Below, in pieces: positions 1-10,202 of a DNA stretch of 64,000 nucleotides. Under the pieces are notes generated by a model. The model was not told the DNA's origin. It ran no database searches and worked only from the letters and a program-made list of their open reading frames with translations. This stretch comes from an uncultured delta proteobacterium (GTDB lineage: Bacteria > Desulfobacterota > Desulfomonilia > UBA1062), in assembly GCA_963798485.1 (NCBI GenBank), contig CAWCTR010000022.1:72489-136488 (forward strand), given 5' to 3'. The position numbers and the translations under genes are program-made. The number at the start of each line of letters is the position of its first letter. The stretch's first letter is position 1.

Positions 1-652
1 TTGTCTGGATCTCTTGGGCATAGGTGGGACTCACGGTGTTCACTGCATCGGCAAATACAAGCCCCGCCTTCATGATGTTTATCCTTCCATAATATTCCAT
101 GACATCAGGCTGGAATAACTCGTGAGGCAGGAAGAGCATCGACCAGAGTATGGCATCGAACAGACCCTGGTAGGCGAGGTTATGGATGGTGAACAGGCTG
201 CCGACTTTCTCGATGCCTGCGTCTTTCATGTAGGCCAGGACCAGCGCTGTCTGCCAGTCATTGCAGTGGACGATATCCACATCACCCATGAGCCTGATCA
301 TCTCCACACATGCCCGCGAGAAGAAGGCGAAGCGCTCGAGGTTATCGGGGTAATCGTAGCCCGCAAAGGAATACAGGCCAGTCCTGTCAGAGAACAGCGG
401 ATGCGCGATAAAGTAGGTCGTGCCGTGCGAGAAGATCTTCGCTTCCGAAATCCCGGTTCCGGTGAGGACCGCTATATCGCCATGGGGCTTCAGTGCGAGT
501 CCCATGTTCATGACCTCGCGGTACAGCGGCATCACTACGGAACAATCAATGCCCTGCCGGTTGAGCTCGGCAGGCAGGGCCGCGCTTACATCCGCCAGTC
601 CCCCGGTCTTTGCATACCCAGTGACCTCGGATGAACATACCAATACCTTCAT
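1..652 (-). CDS. glgA: Glycogen synthase (N-terminal part; runs off the left window edge)
   Basis: The minus strand from ATG at 652 (alternative 661) reads MKVLVCSSEVTGYAKTGGLADV, the KTGGL ADP-glucose-binding motif, with HCNDWQT downstream. It is absent from the ORF track because the stop lies outside the window. Confidence 0.93.
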   Translation of the reverse strand, partial: MKVLVCSSEVTGYAKTGGLADVSAALPAELNRQGIDCSVVMPLYREVMNMGLALKPHGDIAVLTGTGISEAKIFSHGTTYFIAHPLFSDRTGLYSFAGYDYPDNLERFAFFSRACVEMIRLMGDVDIVHCNDWQTALVLAYMKDAGIEKVGSLFTIHNLAYQGLFDAILWSMLFLPHELFQPDVMEYYGRINIMKAGLVFADAVNTVSPTYAQEIQT

Positions 653-802
653 TTGAGCCATATTTTATACCATACACTAAGAATGGTCAGACAGTAAAGA
701 CAAGGGAGTTACAAAAGCCGGTGAAGAACAGATAAGCAAGAAGACAAATGATTTCTGAACGCAAGGTTTACTTTTAGCATGCTATCGGGTTAAGCTGAAT
801 TC

Positions 803-1396
803 ATGACCAGGGAGGATTTCGAAATCACGCTTAAGGAGTTCGAGTCGCAGATCAAGAAGAAGCTCCCCTCCATGATCAACAGCTACCTCATGAATCGAGG
901 GAACCGTGAGTTTGAGACGGCCTTCATCCATCTCTTGGAGACCTTGGGCAGACAGAGGAAGACCCTCCTGAAGGACCTTACCAAGGTGGCCAGGCTCGAA
1001 CAGAAGACCCGGTACTTCAATGCCGCCAATAATATGGATTCCCAGCTCAGGAGCATGGGAAACAGAGAGGCCTTGAAACAACAGACAAAATTACGGAAAC
1101 ATCGCGTCCATGCACCGCTTATCTATGACCTCGGGGCAGGCCCTGTTGAGGGTGACCTCCTGAACGCCGATGATTTGGGCGTCCTGCTGGAGACAACGGA
1201 AAAGGTGTCCATCGACCATGAGGTGAGGATAACCCTCTCAGGGAAGAAGGCGCACGGCAAGGCCATGTGGTCCATCCCTGATGAAAAAGGCCGCATGGAG
1301 ACGGGGGTTAAACTCCTCAATGCATCTGATGATTTCATGGAAGAAATCAAGAAGATTATCAGGAAGCCTGCAAAAAAAGCAGAGAAATCCTCATGA
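803..1396 (+). CDS. PilZ-like domain protein with a helical N-terminal region
   Basis: RKHR (RxxxR-like) followed by NADDLG and a beta-rich C-terminal half ending GVKL. The motifs are degenerate. Confidence 0.55.
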   Translation: MTREDFEITLKEFESQIKKKLPSMINSYLMNRGNREFETAFIHLLETLGRQRKTLLKDLTKVARLEQKTRYFNAANNMDSQLRSMGNREALKQQTKLRKHRVHAPLIYDLGAGPVEGDLLNADDLGVLLETTEKVSIDHEVRITLSGKKAHGKAMWSIPDEKGRMETGVKLLNASDDFMEEIKKIIRKPAKKAEKSS

Positions 1397-1434
1397 TTGA
1401 CACCCATACGGGTGCATAGTATTCCTTTAAGGAT

Positions 1435-2640
1435 ATGAGATTCGCCATCCTCACCTTAGGATGCAAGGTCAACCAATATGAAAGCCAGCGGATCAGGCAG
1501 GGGCTTGTAACGGCAGGCCACATCGAGCAGGCCTTTACCGAACCCGACGCTGACTGTTACATCATCAATACCTGTACCATCACCCATAAGTCCGATGCCG
1601 AAACGCGCAGGGTAATCCGCAGGGCGTTGAAACTAGGCGGCAGGGTAATCGTAACAGGCTGCCAGGTTGTTGTAGATTCCAAAGGTATCAGGGATGTCTC
1701 CGAGGCTATTGAGATTGCCAGGCCGGATCATCTCTCCGAGATACTCCAGGTAGACCTGCCATCCATCATCACCGGCTTCGGCGATCACCACAGGGCCTTT
1801 GTGAAGGTCCAACAGGGATGTAACAAGTATTGCGCGTACTGTATCGTGCCTTTTGCCAGGGGAGGGCCTGTAAGCAGGCCTTGGCAGGAGGTCGTCACCG
1901 AGGTGAGGACCCTTTACGACGCACGCTATCAAGAGGTGGTGCTTACCGGGATCAATATCGGTCTTTATGAGGGGGGGCTAACTCGACTTGTGGAAAGGGT
2001 GCTTTTCCATACTTCAATCCCAAGGTTGAGGATAAGCTCCATTGAACCGTGGACCGTTGAAGACGGCCTTATCTCTATAATCAAGGACGACCCCAGGCTA
2101 TGCAAACATTTTCACCTGCCGCTGCAGCACGGAAGCGATTCCATTCTTCGCGCCATGGGCAGGCCGTATACGGCCTCATACTTCCGCTCACTCATAGACC
2201 GGATCAGGAATGCCGCACCTGAGGCCGCAATAGGCCTGGACGTCATCGTGGGTTTCCCGGGCGAGGATGACAAGTCCTTTGAGGAATCCTACAGCCTTAT
2301 CGAAGACCTTTCTGTTACCTACCTCCATGTCTTCCCCTTCTCGCCAAGGCAAGGCACTGCCGCCGCCCTCCTGCCCGGACGTCCGGGAGATGCGGTTACC
2401 AAGCAGAGGTCTTCCCTCTTAAGGGCGTTGTCCAGGGAAAAGAGGCATGCCTTTGCCTGTTCACGGCAGGGCATGGTTGAGGAGGTGCTTGTCACCGGGA
2501 TTTGTGAAGGGCATTTTTATGGGGTTACCTCGAATTATCTTAACGTTCAGGCCAAGGGAAGCGTACCGGCGGGAAATATTGTGAGCGTACTCCTTAAAAG
2601 TATGGAGGGACAGACCCTTACAGGAGAGCTCCTTGGATAA
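1435..2640 (+). CDS. mtaB: tRNA ms2t6A methylthiotransferase MtaB
   Basis: TLGCKVNQYE N-terminus, radical SAM CNKYCAYC, HLPLQHGS and LHVFPFSPR. Confidence 0.92.
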   Translation: MRFAILTLGCKVNQYESQRIRQGLVTAGHIEQAFTEPDADCYIINTCTITHKSDAETRRVIRRALKLGGRVIVTGCQVVVDSKGIRDVSEAIEIARPDHLSEILQVDLPSIITGFGDHHRAFVKVQQGCNKYCAYCIVPFARGGPVSRPWQEVVTEVRTLYDARYQEVVLTGINIGLYEGGLTRLVERVLFHTSIPRLRISSIEPWTVEDGLISIIKDDPRLCKHFHLPLQHGSDSILRAMGRPYTASYFRSLIDRIRNAAPEAAIGLDVIVGFPGEDDKSFEESYSLIEDLSVTYLHVFPFSPRQGTAAALLPGRPGDAVTKQRSSLLRALSREKRHAFACSRQGMVEEVLVTGICEGHFYGVTSNYLNVQAKGSVPAGNIVSVLLKSMEGQTLTGELLG

Positions 2641-4360
2641 CAGCACCATCATTGATGCCTTGCTTGAGATGGCTTTTGCCCTTGAGTTCCTGGACGATAA
2701 CCCTTTCAAGGCAAAGGCGTATGAGAGGGCTGCACGATCCATCTCCGGAATTGCCACACCCATCGAAGATCTCATCGACACCGGTGGGATAAGCCATATA
2801 GAGGGAATCGGAAAGGCCATTGCAGCAACGCTTACGGCCTGGGTGAAGGATCATGATTTTTCTACGCTAAAAGATCTGCAAGCCAGACTGCCGAGTGGGT
2901 TCGAAGAATTGATAAAGGTACCGGGGCTGGGGATGAAGAGGTTGAAGGTGTTGTTTAAAGAGCTTAACATCTCTACACTCGATGAGCTTCTTAACGCAAT
3001 AAACACCGGCAGGCTTTCATCCGTGAAGGGTTTCTCCGATAAAAGCATTGCCAAACTCAGGGGCTCCGTGCAGGCTATCCTCGATTACCGGGGATGGTTT
3101 CTGCTTGATACCGGATGCGACTGGGCGGCAACCTTTGTTTCACGCTTAAAGGATTGCGGACTGAATGTGCATCTCAGCGGTGTCTGCCGCAGGTCCATGG
3201 AGATTATCCCTGCAATCGACCTCCTCGTGGAAGATGGCCCCGGCATGCATGACGCACTTGTCCAAGGCATTACCTCGATGCCTGATATGCAGATTGCACA
3301 CGATGGGACAATACTTGTGGCGACATGCCCCGGCAAGCCCCCTGCCAGGATACACACCGTATCTCAGGGGTTCGTTGTGCCTGCATTGTTTATCACGACC
3401 GGCTCACAGGCCCATGTGGACCTGGTGAACGGGTATGGGGCTCTCCGATCCGTCCGGGTCAGTCAAGAAGGGGTTTATAAAGACGGGGTGCGTGTGCCTG
3501 TCAAAGATGAGGCGGAGATCTATGATCTGTTTGGCATGCGCTACCTCCCACCCGAGGTCAGGGAGGGCAGGCCGATCGAAATGGACCTGGCCTTAAGCGG
3601 AAAGGTGCCTGAGTTTATAACACAAGAAGACCTTAAAGGTCTCATCCATGTCCATTCCACCTATAGCGACGGAAAGGCAACGCTGGCCGACATGGTGCAG
3701 GGTGCCCATGAGCGCGGTTATTCATGGATCGGCATCTCTGATCACAGCAAGAGCGCCTATTATGCGCTCGGATTGAGCGTGAAGGACCTGAGGCGGCAGT
3801 TCGAGGAAATCGATGAGCTCTCTCAGATATTCCCTGGTGTTACGATCTTCAAGGGGATCGAATCCGACATCCTGCCCGACGGCTCGCTGGATTATCCTCA
3901 AAGCGTGCTCAAGCAGTTCGATTTTGTCATTGCAAGCATCCATTCCCACATGGATATGGACAGGGCATCCATGACCGAGCGGATCATAAAGGCCATAGCC
4001 AATCCCTTCACCACCATACTCGGCCACCCCACAGGCCGGGTGCTGCTTGCACGCAGGCCCTATGAGGTGGACATGGAGGCGGTGCTGGCAGAGGCGGTAG
4101 GTTGTGGTGTCATGGTGGAGCTCAACGCCAACCCATTGAGGCTCGATCTGGACTGGCGTCTTATGCCGGGCTTCACATCAAAAGGCGGGCGTGTTGTCAT
4201 AGCGCCTGATGCCCACAGCGTTTCCGGGCTTGACGATATGCGTTACGGCCTGGCCATTGCCAGGAAAGGCCTGCTCTTAAAAGACTCTTGCATGAATGCA
4301 TTCAGTGCCCGGGAAGCGAGGGAGGCGTTTAAGACCAAAAAGGAAAATTCCCGCGAATGA
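2633..4360 (+). CDS. polX: PolX/PHP fusion (DNA polymerase X family with 3'-5' exonuclease PHP domain)
   Basis: NPFKAKAY and HhH motifs (GIGK, VPGLG), PPEVREG, and PHP motifs HVHSTYSDG, DHS, HPTGR and DAH. Confidence 0.9.
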   Translation: MDNSTIIDALLEMAFALEFLDDNPFKAKAYERAARSISGIATPIEDLIDTGGISHIEGIGKAIAATLTAWVKDHDFSTLKDLQARLPSGFEELIKVPGLGMKRLKVLFKELNISTLDELLNAINTGRLSSVKGFSDKSIAKLRGSVQAILDYRGWFLLDTGCDWAATFVSRLKDCGLNVHLSGVCRRSMEIIPAIDLLVEDGPGMHDALVQGITSMPDMQIAHDGTILVATCPGKPPARIHTVSQGFVVPALFITTGSQAHVDLVNGYGALRSVRVSQEGVYKDGVRVPVKDEAEIYDLFGMRYLPPEVREGRPIEMDLALSGKVPEFITQEDLKGLIHVHSTYSDGKATLADMVQGAHERGYSWIGISDHSKSAYYALGLSVKDLRRQFEEIDELSQIFPGVTIFKGIESDILPDGSLDYPQSVLKQFDFVIASIHSHMDMDRASMTERIIKAIANPFTTILGHPTGRVLLARRPYEVDMEAVLAEAVGCGVMVELNANPLRLDLDWRLMPGFTSKGGRVVIAPDAHSVSGLDDMRYGLAIARKGLLLKDSCMNAFSAREAREAFKTKKENSRE

Positions 4361-4454
4361 TGCTTTAAAGCCACGTCCCGCCCTGTATAACCCTTTTGTG
4401 TATTGACTAATACCACCTTCGGTCTTAATCTAATGCGTTATGAAGGATACACCC

Positions 4455-4970
4455 ATGTCGAGCTTTGTTGAAATGAAGGTGGCAGGCATTGCGCTTGACC
4501 CCACCAACAATGCCCCTATCGTGGTCCTTCGCGACCTCAATGGCAAGTTCATCCTCCCCATCTGGATCGGCATTATGGAGGCAAGCGCCATAGCCTCGGC
4601 CCTTGAAGGGGTTCAGTATTCAAGACCCATGACCCATGATCTCTTCAGGTCTTTCATCGAAACGTTAGGCGCCACCATTGAAAAGATAGAGGTAGTGGAT
4701 ATCAGGGACAATGTTTTCTATGCACTTATCACCATCATCCATAACGGAAACCGTCTTACCATTGATGCGAGGCCGTCGGATGCCATAGCCATAGCGCTAC
4801 GCACCAAGTCCGCCATCTTTGTGGCAAGTCATGTGATAAAAGACGCCATCCACCTGGACTCCAAGACAAGCGCCGGCAAGGTCATGGTGGGGTTCGAGCA
4901 GGACACCGAGAAGCTCAAGGAGATCCTTGAGAAGATGAACCCCGAGGACTTCGGTAAGTTCAAGGCCTAA
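4455..4970 (+). CDS. Bifunctional nuclease family protein (DUF151)
   Basis: LPIWIG, RPMTHDL and DARPSDAIAIA motifs. The start is 4455 (AAGGA upstream) or 4440. Confidence 0.9.
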   Translation: MSSFVEMKVAGIALDPTNNAPIVVLRDLNGKFILPIWIGIMEASAIASALEGVQYSRPMTHDLFRSFIETLGATIEKIEVVDIRDNVFYALITIIHNGNRLTIDARPSDAIAIALRTKSAIFVASHVIKDAIHLDSKTSAGKVMVGFEQDTEKLKEILEKMNPEDFGKFKA

Positions 4971-5029
4971 CCCAATAGGCACCTTTTATATTGATAGACT
5001 TGGCTGCATCGTGTATTTTCCATGGATAT

Positions 5030-7345
5030 ATGCATGCCCATGACACTGCTCATCAAAAGGCGAAGAAGATCAGCAAGGCCATCTTCGAGACCATTGTCGA
5101 GATGGCGTATGAGGGCATCTTTGTCTATCAAGGCCACAGGTTCTTCTATGTAAATCCCGCGTTTGAACGCATGCTTGGATATTCTGCAGAGGAACTCGAG
5201 GAAATGGGTTTCAAGGATGTGCTGCATACAAGCTCTTCTGTCCTTATGGAACAGCGTTATCTTGCCCTGATCAGGGGTGAGGAAATACGCCCCCGGCGCG
5301 TGGACGTGATCTTCCGGACCAAAACCGGACAAGAACGCATCATCTCGCTCTCCACATCAGCCATCACCCTGGTGGGGGGCATTCCGGCCACCCTGAATAT
5401 CGCCCGCGACATCACCAGGCGCAAAGGTATGGAACAAAGCTTGGAGTCCACCAACAAGTTCCTGGCCGGTCTCATTGCAAGCTCGTCCGATGCCATCGTT
5501 GCCTCCGACCTGAAGGGCAGGGCACTTATCTTTAACAAGGCCGCCGAGGAGATCACGGGTTATAGCGCCGAGGATATGCTCAACCACAAATCCAACATAG
5601 CCGATTTCATGGTGGCGGGCGAGCGCGACCGGATCATGGCCATCCTCGATGAGGGCACCGAGGAGGTCCCCAGGTGGGTCGTGGGGGAAGAGACCTCTGT
5701 GTACCACAAGGACGGGACACTCATCCCTATATCGATTTCCGTGTCCTACCTGTATTCCGAACAGAAACCGGTGGCCGCCATAAGCGTCTTCCGCGACCTC
5801 AGGCCCTTAAAGAAGGTTGAAGACAAGCTTCGGGAGTCGGTGCAAAAATACCGGATGCTTGTGGAGAAGACCCAGGACGGAATTTTCGTCTTACAGGATC
5901 ATCTCTTCACCTACACCAATCCTGCGTTCAGGGAGTTGCTTGGTTATAATGAAGAGGAACTCCTGCACATGGGCCTTAAAGATATTGTGAGGCCGGAACT
6001 GGCGCGGATGATCGAGGCGCGTTATACAAAACGAATCCGGGGTGAAACGGTACCGGACCAGTACGAGATTGCCCTTTGCAGCAAAGACGGCAACTGGCGT
6101 GCCTTTGAGATCACCCCTTCGGTCATCGAGTATGAAGGCGAAGTTGCAACCCAGAATGTCATCCGGGACATAACCCAAAAGAGAGAGGCCCAGAAGGCGC
6201 TTCGCGCCAGTGAGTCCAAGTACCGCGCCACCGTGGAGCATACCGGCACTGCCATGATGATCCTGAATGAAGACTACACGATAACCTTTGCGAATAACCA
6301 GCTGGAAAAGCTCAGCGGTTACACCAAGGAGGAGATCGAAGGCAAGATGCACTGGACCGATGTGGTGCATCCTGATGACGTGGAGCGCATGAGGGGATAC
6401 CACATGGCCAGGAGGCAAGGGGATAAGGATGTCCCATCCCAGTATGAATTCAGGTTCATGGACAAGGCAGGCAATATCAGGGACTCCTTCCTTACCATAG
6501 GCATGATCCCCGGCACCAGGCAGAGCATTGTCTCCATCATGGATATTTCAGGAATCAGGCAGATGCAGCGCGAGCTTGAGCAGACCAGGAAGATGGCCAT
6601 CCTCGGTGAGATGTCCGCCCATGTTGCCCACGAGGTAAGAAATCCGCTCCAGAAGATAAAGACCGGTGTAGAGTTGTTGTCCAACTCATTATCGGTGGAT
6701 GAGCGGCAGCGCAGGCAGCTCGATGGCGTGAAGCACGGGGTGGACAACCTGGAAAAGTTCGTCACCCAGATCCTCGAGTGGACCCGCTCGGGCGAGCTCA
6801 GGCCCAGGCCCCACCGCATCAGCAATATCATTGATGGCCTGCTGTTCAACCTGGAGGATGCCTTCAGGCAAAAAGGGGTGAAGGTCCGGAGCACCTATGA
6901 CCCGGATGCCGACGTTGTAGTAGTGGACGGCATCCAACTCCGGCAGGTCTTTGGAAACATCATAGATAACGCGCTGGATGCCATGCCCCATGGAGGGTCA
7001 TTGAACATCTCCTCATCACTCGTTCCCAGGCATCCCTTCGCCAGAGGGAAAGAGGCCGTCACCCTGGATGCCTCTGAGATACGCATAACAGATACCGGCA
7101 GCGGCATTGCCAAGGAAGACCTGGGACGTATATTCCAGCCGTTCTTTACAAAGAAGGCCAAAGGAACCGGGCTTGGTCTTGCCCTGGTGAGGAAGGTCAT
7201 TGACATGCACCAGGGCGAGGTTGAGGCCTTGAGCACCTTAGGCAAGGGCTCTGAATTTATTATCAGGATTCCCTGTGAGAAGGCCGGTTCTCTCCAGGTA
7301 TCAGGCAAGGAGACAGACGCGGTTGATAGAAAGCGCACAAGCTGA
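5030..7345 (+). CDS. Cytoplasmic histidine kinase with four PAS domains
   Basis: Four PAS/PAC repeats (N.A....GY; RDIT), H-box AHEVRNPL, N box, DTGSGI and GTGLGL. No transmembrane helix is visible. The start is uncertain (4991 or 5030). Confidence 0.92.
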   Translation: MHAHDTAHQKAKKISKAIFETIVEMAYEGIFVYQGHRFFYVNPAFERMLGYSAEELEEMGFKDVLHTSSSVLMEQRYLALIRGEEIRPRRVDVIFRTKTGQERIISLSTSAITLVGGIPATLNIARDITRRKGMEQSLESTNKFLAGLIASSSDAIVASDLKGRALIFNKAAEEITGYSAEDMLNHKSNIADFMVAGERDRIMAILDEGTEEVPRWVVGEETSVYHKDGTLIPISISVSYLYSEQKPVAAISVFRDLRPLKKVEDKLRESVQKYRMLVEKTQDGIFVLQDHLFTYTNPAFRELLGYNEEELLHMGLKDIVRPELARMIEARYTKRIRGETVPDQYEIALCSKDGNWRAFEITPSVIEYEGEVATQNVIRDITQKREAQKALRASESKYRATVEHTGTAMMILNEDYTITFANNQLEKLSGYTKEEIEGKMHWTDVVHPDDVERMRGYHMARRQGDKDVPSQYEFRFMDKAGNIRDSFLTIGMIPGTRQSIVSIMDISGIRQMQRELEQTRKMAILGEMSAHVAHEVRNPLQKIKTGVELLSNSLSVDERQRRQLDGVKHGVDNLEKFVTQILEWTRSGELRPRPHRISNIIDGLLFNLEDAFRQKGVKVRSTYDPDADVVVVDGIQLRQVFGNIIDNALDAMPHGGSLNISSSLVPRHPFARGKEAVTLDASEIRITDTGSGIAKEDLGRIFQPFFTKKAKGTGLGLALVRKVIDMHQGEVEALSTLGKGSEFIIRIPCEKAGSLQVSGKETDAVDRKRTS

Positions 7346-7353
7346 GGAGACGT

Positions 7354-8796
7354 GTGGAAGATAAAAAAAAGGTCCTGCTCGTCGATGATGAAGAGGTGTT
7401 TCTCGAACAACTCAAGGACGCCCTTGAAAATTCGAGCCTTGACCTCCAGATAGATACCGCATCCGATGGTGTGGAGGCCCTGGAGAAGATAGAGGCTGCC
7501 CGCCATGACATCGTGATCACAGACGTCAAGATGCCCCGAATGGACGGGTACAGCCTCCTGAAAGAGATCCAGAACCGCTTCCCCTCCACATATGTGGTGG
7601 TGATCACCGCCTTCGGGAGCATATCCGGGGCGGTCGAGGCCATAAAGTACGGGGCATATGACTTCCTGGAAAAACCGTTCAACATGGACTCGCTTGAGAT
7701 ATCGCTGACCAAGATCCTCAGGCAGCACGAGATCCTCAAAGAAAATATCGAACTCAAGGGCCGGATTCAACAGCACACAGAGGGGCTGGACCAGCTTGTG
7801 GGGTCGCATCCCAAGATGCAGCGACTCTATGAGCAGATACTGACCGCATCCGAGACGGACCTCACCGTGCTCATCTTAGGTGAGACCGGCACCGGGAAGG
7901 AGCTCATCGCCCGATCCATCCACTCCAGGAGTGACAGGCGCTCCAAGCCCTTTGTCGTCATCAACTGTGCCGCCATACCGGAGAACCTTCTGGAATCGGA
8001 ATTCTTCGGCCACGAGAAGGGGGCCTTCAGCGGCGCCATTTCCCAGAGGATCGGCAAGTTCGAAAAGGCCCATACCGGCACGCTCTTCTTGGATGAGATA
8101 GGCGACATCCCGCTGGACCTCCAGGCCAAGATCCTTCGCGTGATAGAAGATCACAAGATCACGCGCATCGGCAGCAACCGCGAGATGGATCTGGACTTCC
8201 GGGTGATCTGCGCCACGAACCGGCCCATCCAGGACATGATCAAGAAGGAGCTTTTCAGGGAAGATCTTTACTACCGCATCAGCGTCTTCCCCATCATCGT
8301 GCCCCCCTTAAGGGACCGCAGGGAAGATATCTCGCTGCTCTCCGGCCATTTCATCGCCAAGAACGCCAAGAGGCTCAACTCCTCGGTAAAGGGGATCTCA
8401 CCGAAGGCCATGGAGCAGCTCACCGCATACCCGTGGCAGGGCAATGTCAGGGAGCTGGAGAACAGTATCCAGCACGCCATGGTCTCCACCCGCGCCGAGC
8501 TCATCACCTCCTTCCCCGAACTGCGGAATGCCGCCATGGGCACACAGGCCGCACCGCCCATCTCGTTCACAGAGGAGCCCACCATATGGGTGGAAGCCGG
8601 CGAAGGGAACGACTATCATACCATCAAGCAGACCCTGCTTGAGCAGTTCGAGCGGAAGTATCTTGCCCATCTGCTGGAGAAGCACGGCGGCGTCATTGCC
8701 GAGGCGGCCCGCGAATCGGGCCTGAATTACAAGACATTCTACCTGAAGGTGGAAAAGTATCAGCTCACCAAGAAGCGGGAAAGAATACCGCGATAA
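7354..8796 (+). CDS. Sigma-54-dependent response regulator (REC-AAA+-HTH, NtrC family)
   Basis: REC (DD, DVKMP, KP), GETGTGKE, GAFSGA, LFLDEIG, FREDLYYR, WQGNVREL and a C-terminal Fis-like HTH. Confidence 0.95.
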   Translation: MEDKKKVLLVDDEEVFLEQLKDALENSSLDLQIDTASDGVEALEKIEAARHDIVITDVKMPRMDGYSLLKEIQNRFPSTYVVVITAFGSISGAVEAIKYGAYDFLEKPFNMDSLEISLTKILRQHEILKENIELKGRIQQHTEGLDQLVGSHPKMQRLYEQILTASETDLTVLILGETGTGKELIARSIHSRSDRRSKPFVVINCAAIPENLLESEFFGHEKGAFSGAISQRIGKFEKAHTGTLFLDEIGDIPLDLQAKILRVIEDHKITRIGSNREMDLDFRVICATNRPIQDMIKKELFREDLYYRISVFPIIVPPLRDRREDISLLSGHFIAKNAKRLNSSVKGISPKAMEQLTAYPWQGNVRELENSIQHAMVSTRAELITSFPELRNAAMGTQAAPPISFTEEPTIWVEAGEGNDYHTIKQTLLEQFERKYLAHLLEKHGGVIAEAARESGLNYKTFYLKVEKYQLTKKRERIPR

Positions 8797-8865
8797 TGCC
8801 TGTGTCTTGCTGGTCGAGCCTCTTCAATAATAATATATATTCTGGAGACGGGACCCATAAAGCCC

Positions 8866-8894
8866 TTGACAGATAGAGCCCTCCCATATATTAA
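8866..8894 (+). promoter_or_regulatory. Putative sigma-70 promoter of rpsT
   Basis: TTGACA-17 nt-TATTAA upstream of the AAGGAGG ribosome-binding site. Confidence 0.5.
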
Positions 8895-8936
8895 GATTCA
8901 CCTCGTAGCCGTGATACTAAGGAGGAGACAGAGTTA

Positions 8937-9203
8937 ATGGCAAACCATGCTTCAGCCCTGAAGAGACAGCGCCAGAGCGAGAAACGGCGCTCGAGGAATA
9001 GAGGTCACAAGTCCGCTATCAATACGACCGTCAAGAAGGTTCTCACTTCTATAAGCGCCAAGGAAACGGATAAGGCGCGCGAATTATTCCGTGAGGCCGT
9101 GGCCCGTCTGGACAGCGCCGTCACCAAGGGTGCGCTGCACAGGAGGACCGCTTCCCGGAAGATCTCCCGGCTCACCAAGATGGTGAACGCCCAGGTTTCT
9201 TAA
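8937..9203 (+). CDS. rpsT: 30S ribosomal protein S20
   Basis: MANHASALKRQRQSEKRRSRN...KGALHRRTASRKISRL. Confidence 0.97.
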   Translation: MANHASALKRQRQSEKRRSRNRGHKSAINTTVKKVLTSISAKETDKARELFREAVARLDSAVTKGALHRRTASRKISRLTKMVNAQVS

Positions 9204-9206
9204 GGC

Positions 9207-10202
9207 TCAAGACCGGCCGGATATCCTCCCCTCATTCCTGGGGGAAAGCACAAGCCGCCCGATCATCTCGGTCAGGGCGGCATATACGTGTATCAGCGAG
9301 CCCGATTTTAACCTTTGTTCTATCCCGCGGACATCCATAAGCAGGGTGGTAAGCTGCGCAATGCTCCATGAAGACTTCCGTCTCATGGCCTTGTCCGCAA
9401 CGAACTCGTGTATCTTCATCTTCTTCCAGTCCCTGCCGGAAAGCACTACATAGTGGTTGATAACCTGGTTTTCTATCCTGCTGATGATCTCCAGCTCGGC
9501 AACCCCTGAGAGCTCCAGTTCATAGAGGCGTGACAGGGCATCCTTTCTCCGGTCGAACAGCGCATCGAGGAATGCAAATATGGCGGGTTCATGCGTGCGC
9601 ATGACCGCCTCATGGACATCCCTGCCGGTTATGGAGGGGCTCTGGTTGGCGTAAAGGCACAGTTTCTGTATCTCGCTTTCCAGATACCACATGCTGCTTC
9701 CCCCGGTCATATCGGCAAGCAGCACGGCGGCATCCTTGTCGATCTTCTTCCCATAGAGAGGCGCCCTTTCCATGATCCAGTTGGTCCGCGCGCCCCTGTT
9801 CTTGAGGGACTCGAAACGGACTATTCTGGCCTTGCCGTCGAATCTCTTGATAAGCTTGTTCAGTTCATTATCCGTCTTCTCAATTTCTATGATGAGGATT
9901 AAGGTTGTGATCTCGCATGGGTTCTCGAGGTAGAGTAACACCTGGTCCAGCTGTTTAATGGTAAGCTTCTGGCCGTTTTTGATGATGACCACCCTTTGGT
10001 CAGAGAGGAAGGGCATGGTGTTGCACAGGCCTATGATCTCATTCATGGCCGGGTCTTCTTCGGCGTTGAAGGCCGCCCAATTCATGGATATGTTCTCGCC
10101 GAGCTGTTGTTTTAATCGTGCAAGCTCTTCCTCAACAAGGAACATCTCCTGGGCTATGAAAACGGCATTGGATAACCTACTCGATAGTTTCTGAGCGCTC
10201 AT
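9207..10202 (-). CDS. holA: DNA polymerase III delta subunit
   Basis: TMPFLSDQRVVII and EIQKLCLY motifs, with canonical leuS-lptE-holA order. The ATG overlaps the lptE stop (ATGA). Confidence 0.85.
   Translation of the reverse strand: MSAQKLSSRLSNAVFIAQEMFLVEEELARLKQQLGENISMNWAAFNAEEDPAMNEIIGLCNTMPFLSDQRVVIIKNGQKLTIKQLDQVLLYLENPCEITTLILIIEIEKTDNELNKLIKRFDGKARIVRFESLKNRGARTNWIMERAPLYGKKIDKDAAVLLADMTGGSSMWYLESEIQKLCLYANQSPSITGRDVHEAVMRTHEPAIFAFLDALFDRRKDALSRLYELELSGVAELEIISRIENQVINHYVVLSGRDWKKMKIHEFVADKAMRRKSSWSIAQLTTLLMDVRGIEQRLKSGSLIHVYAALTEMIGRLVLSPRNEGRISGRS

Noticed and set aside
122-634. 170-aa plus-strand ORF
   Set aside because: It is the antisense shadow of glgA, which has clear motifs on the minus strand.
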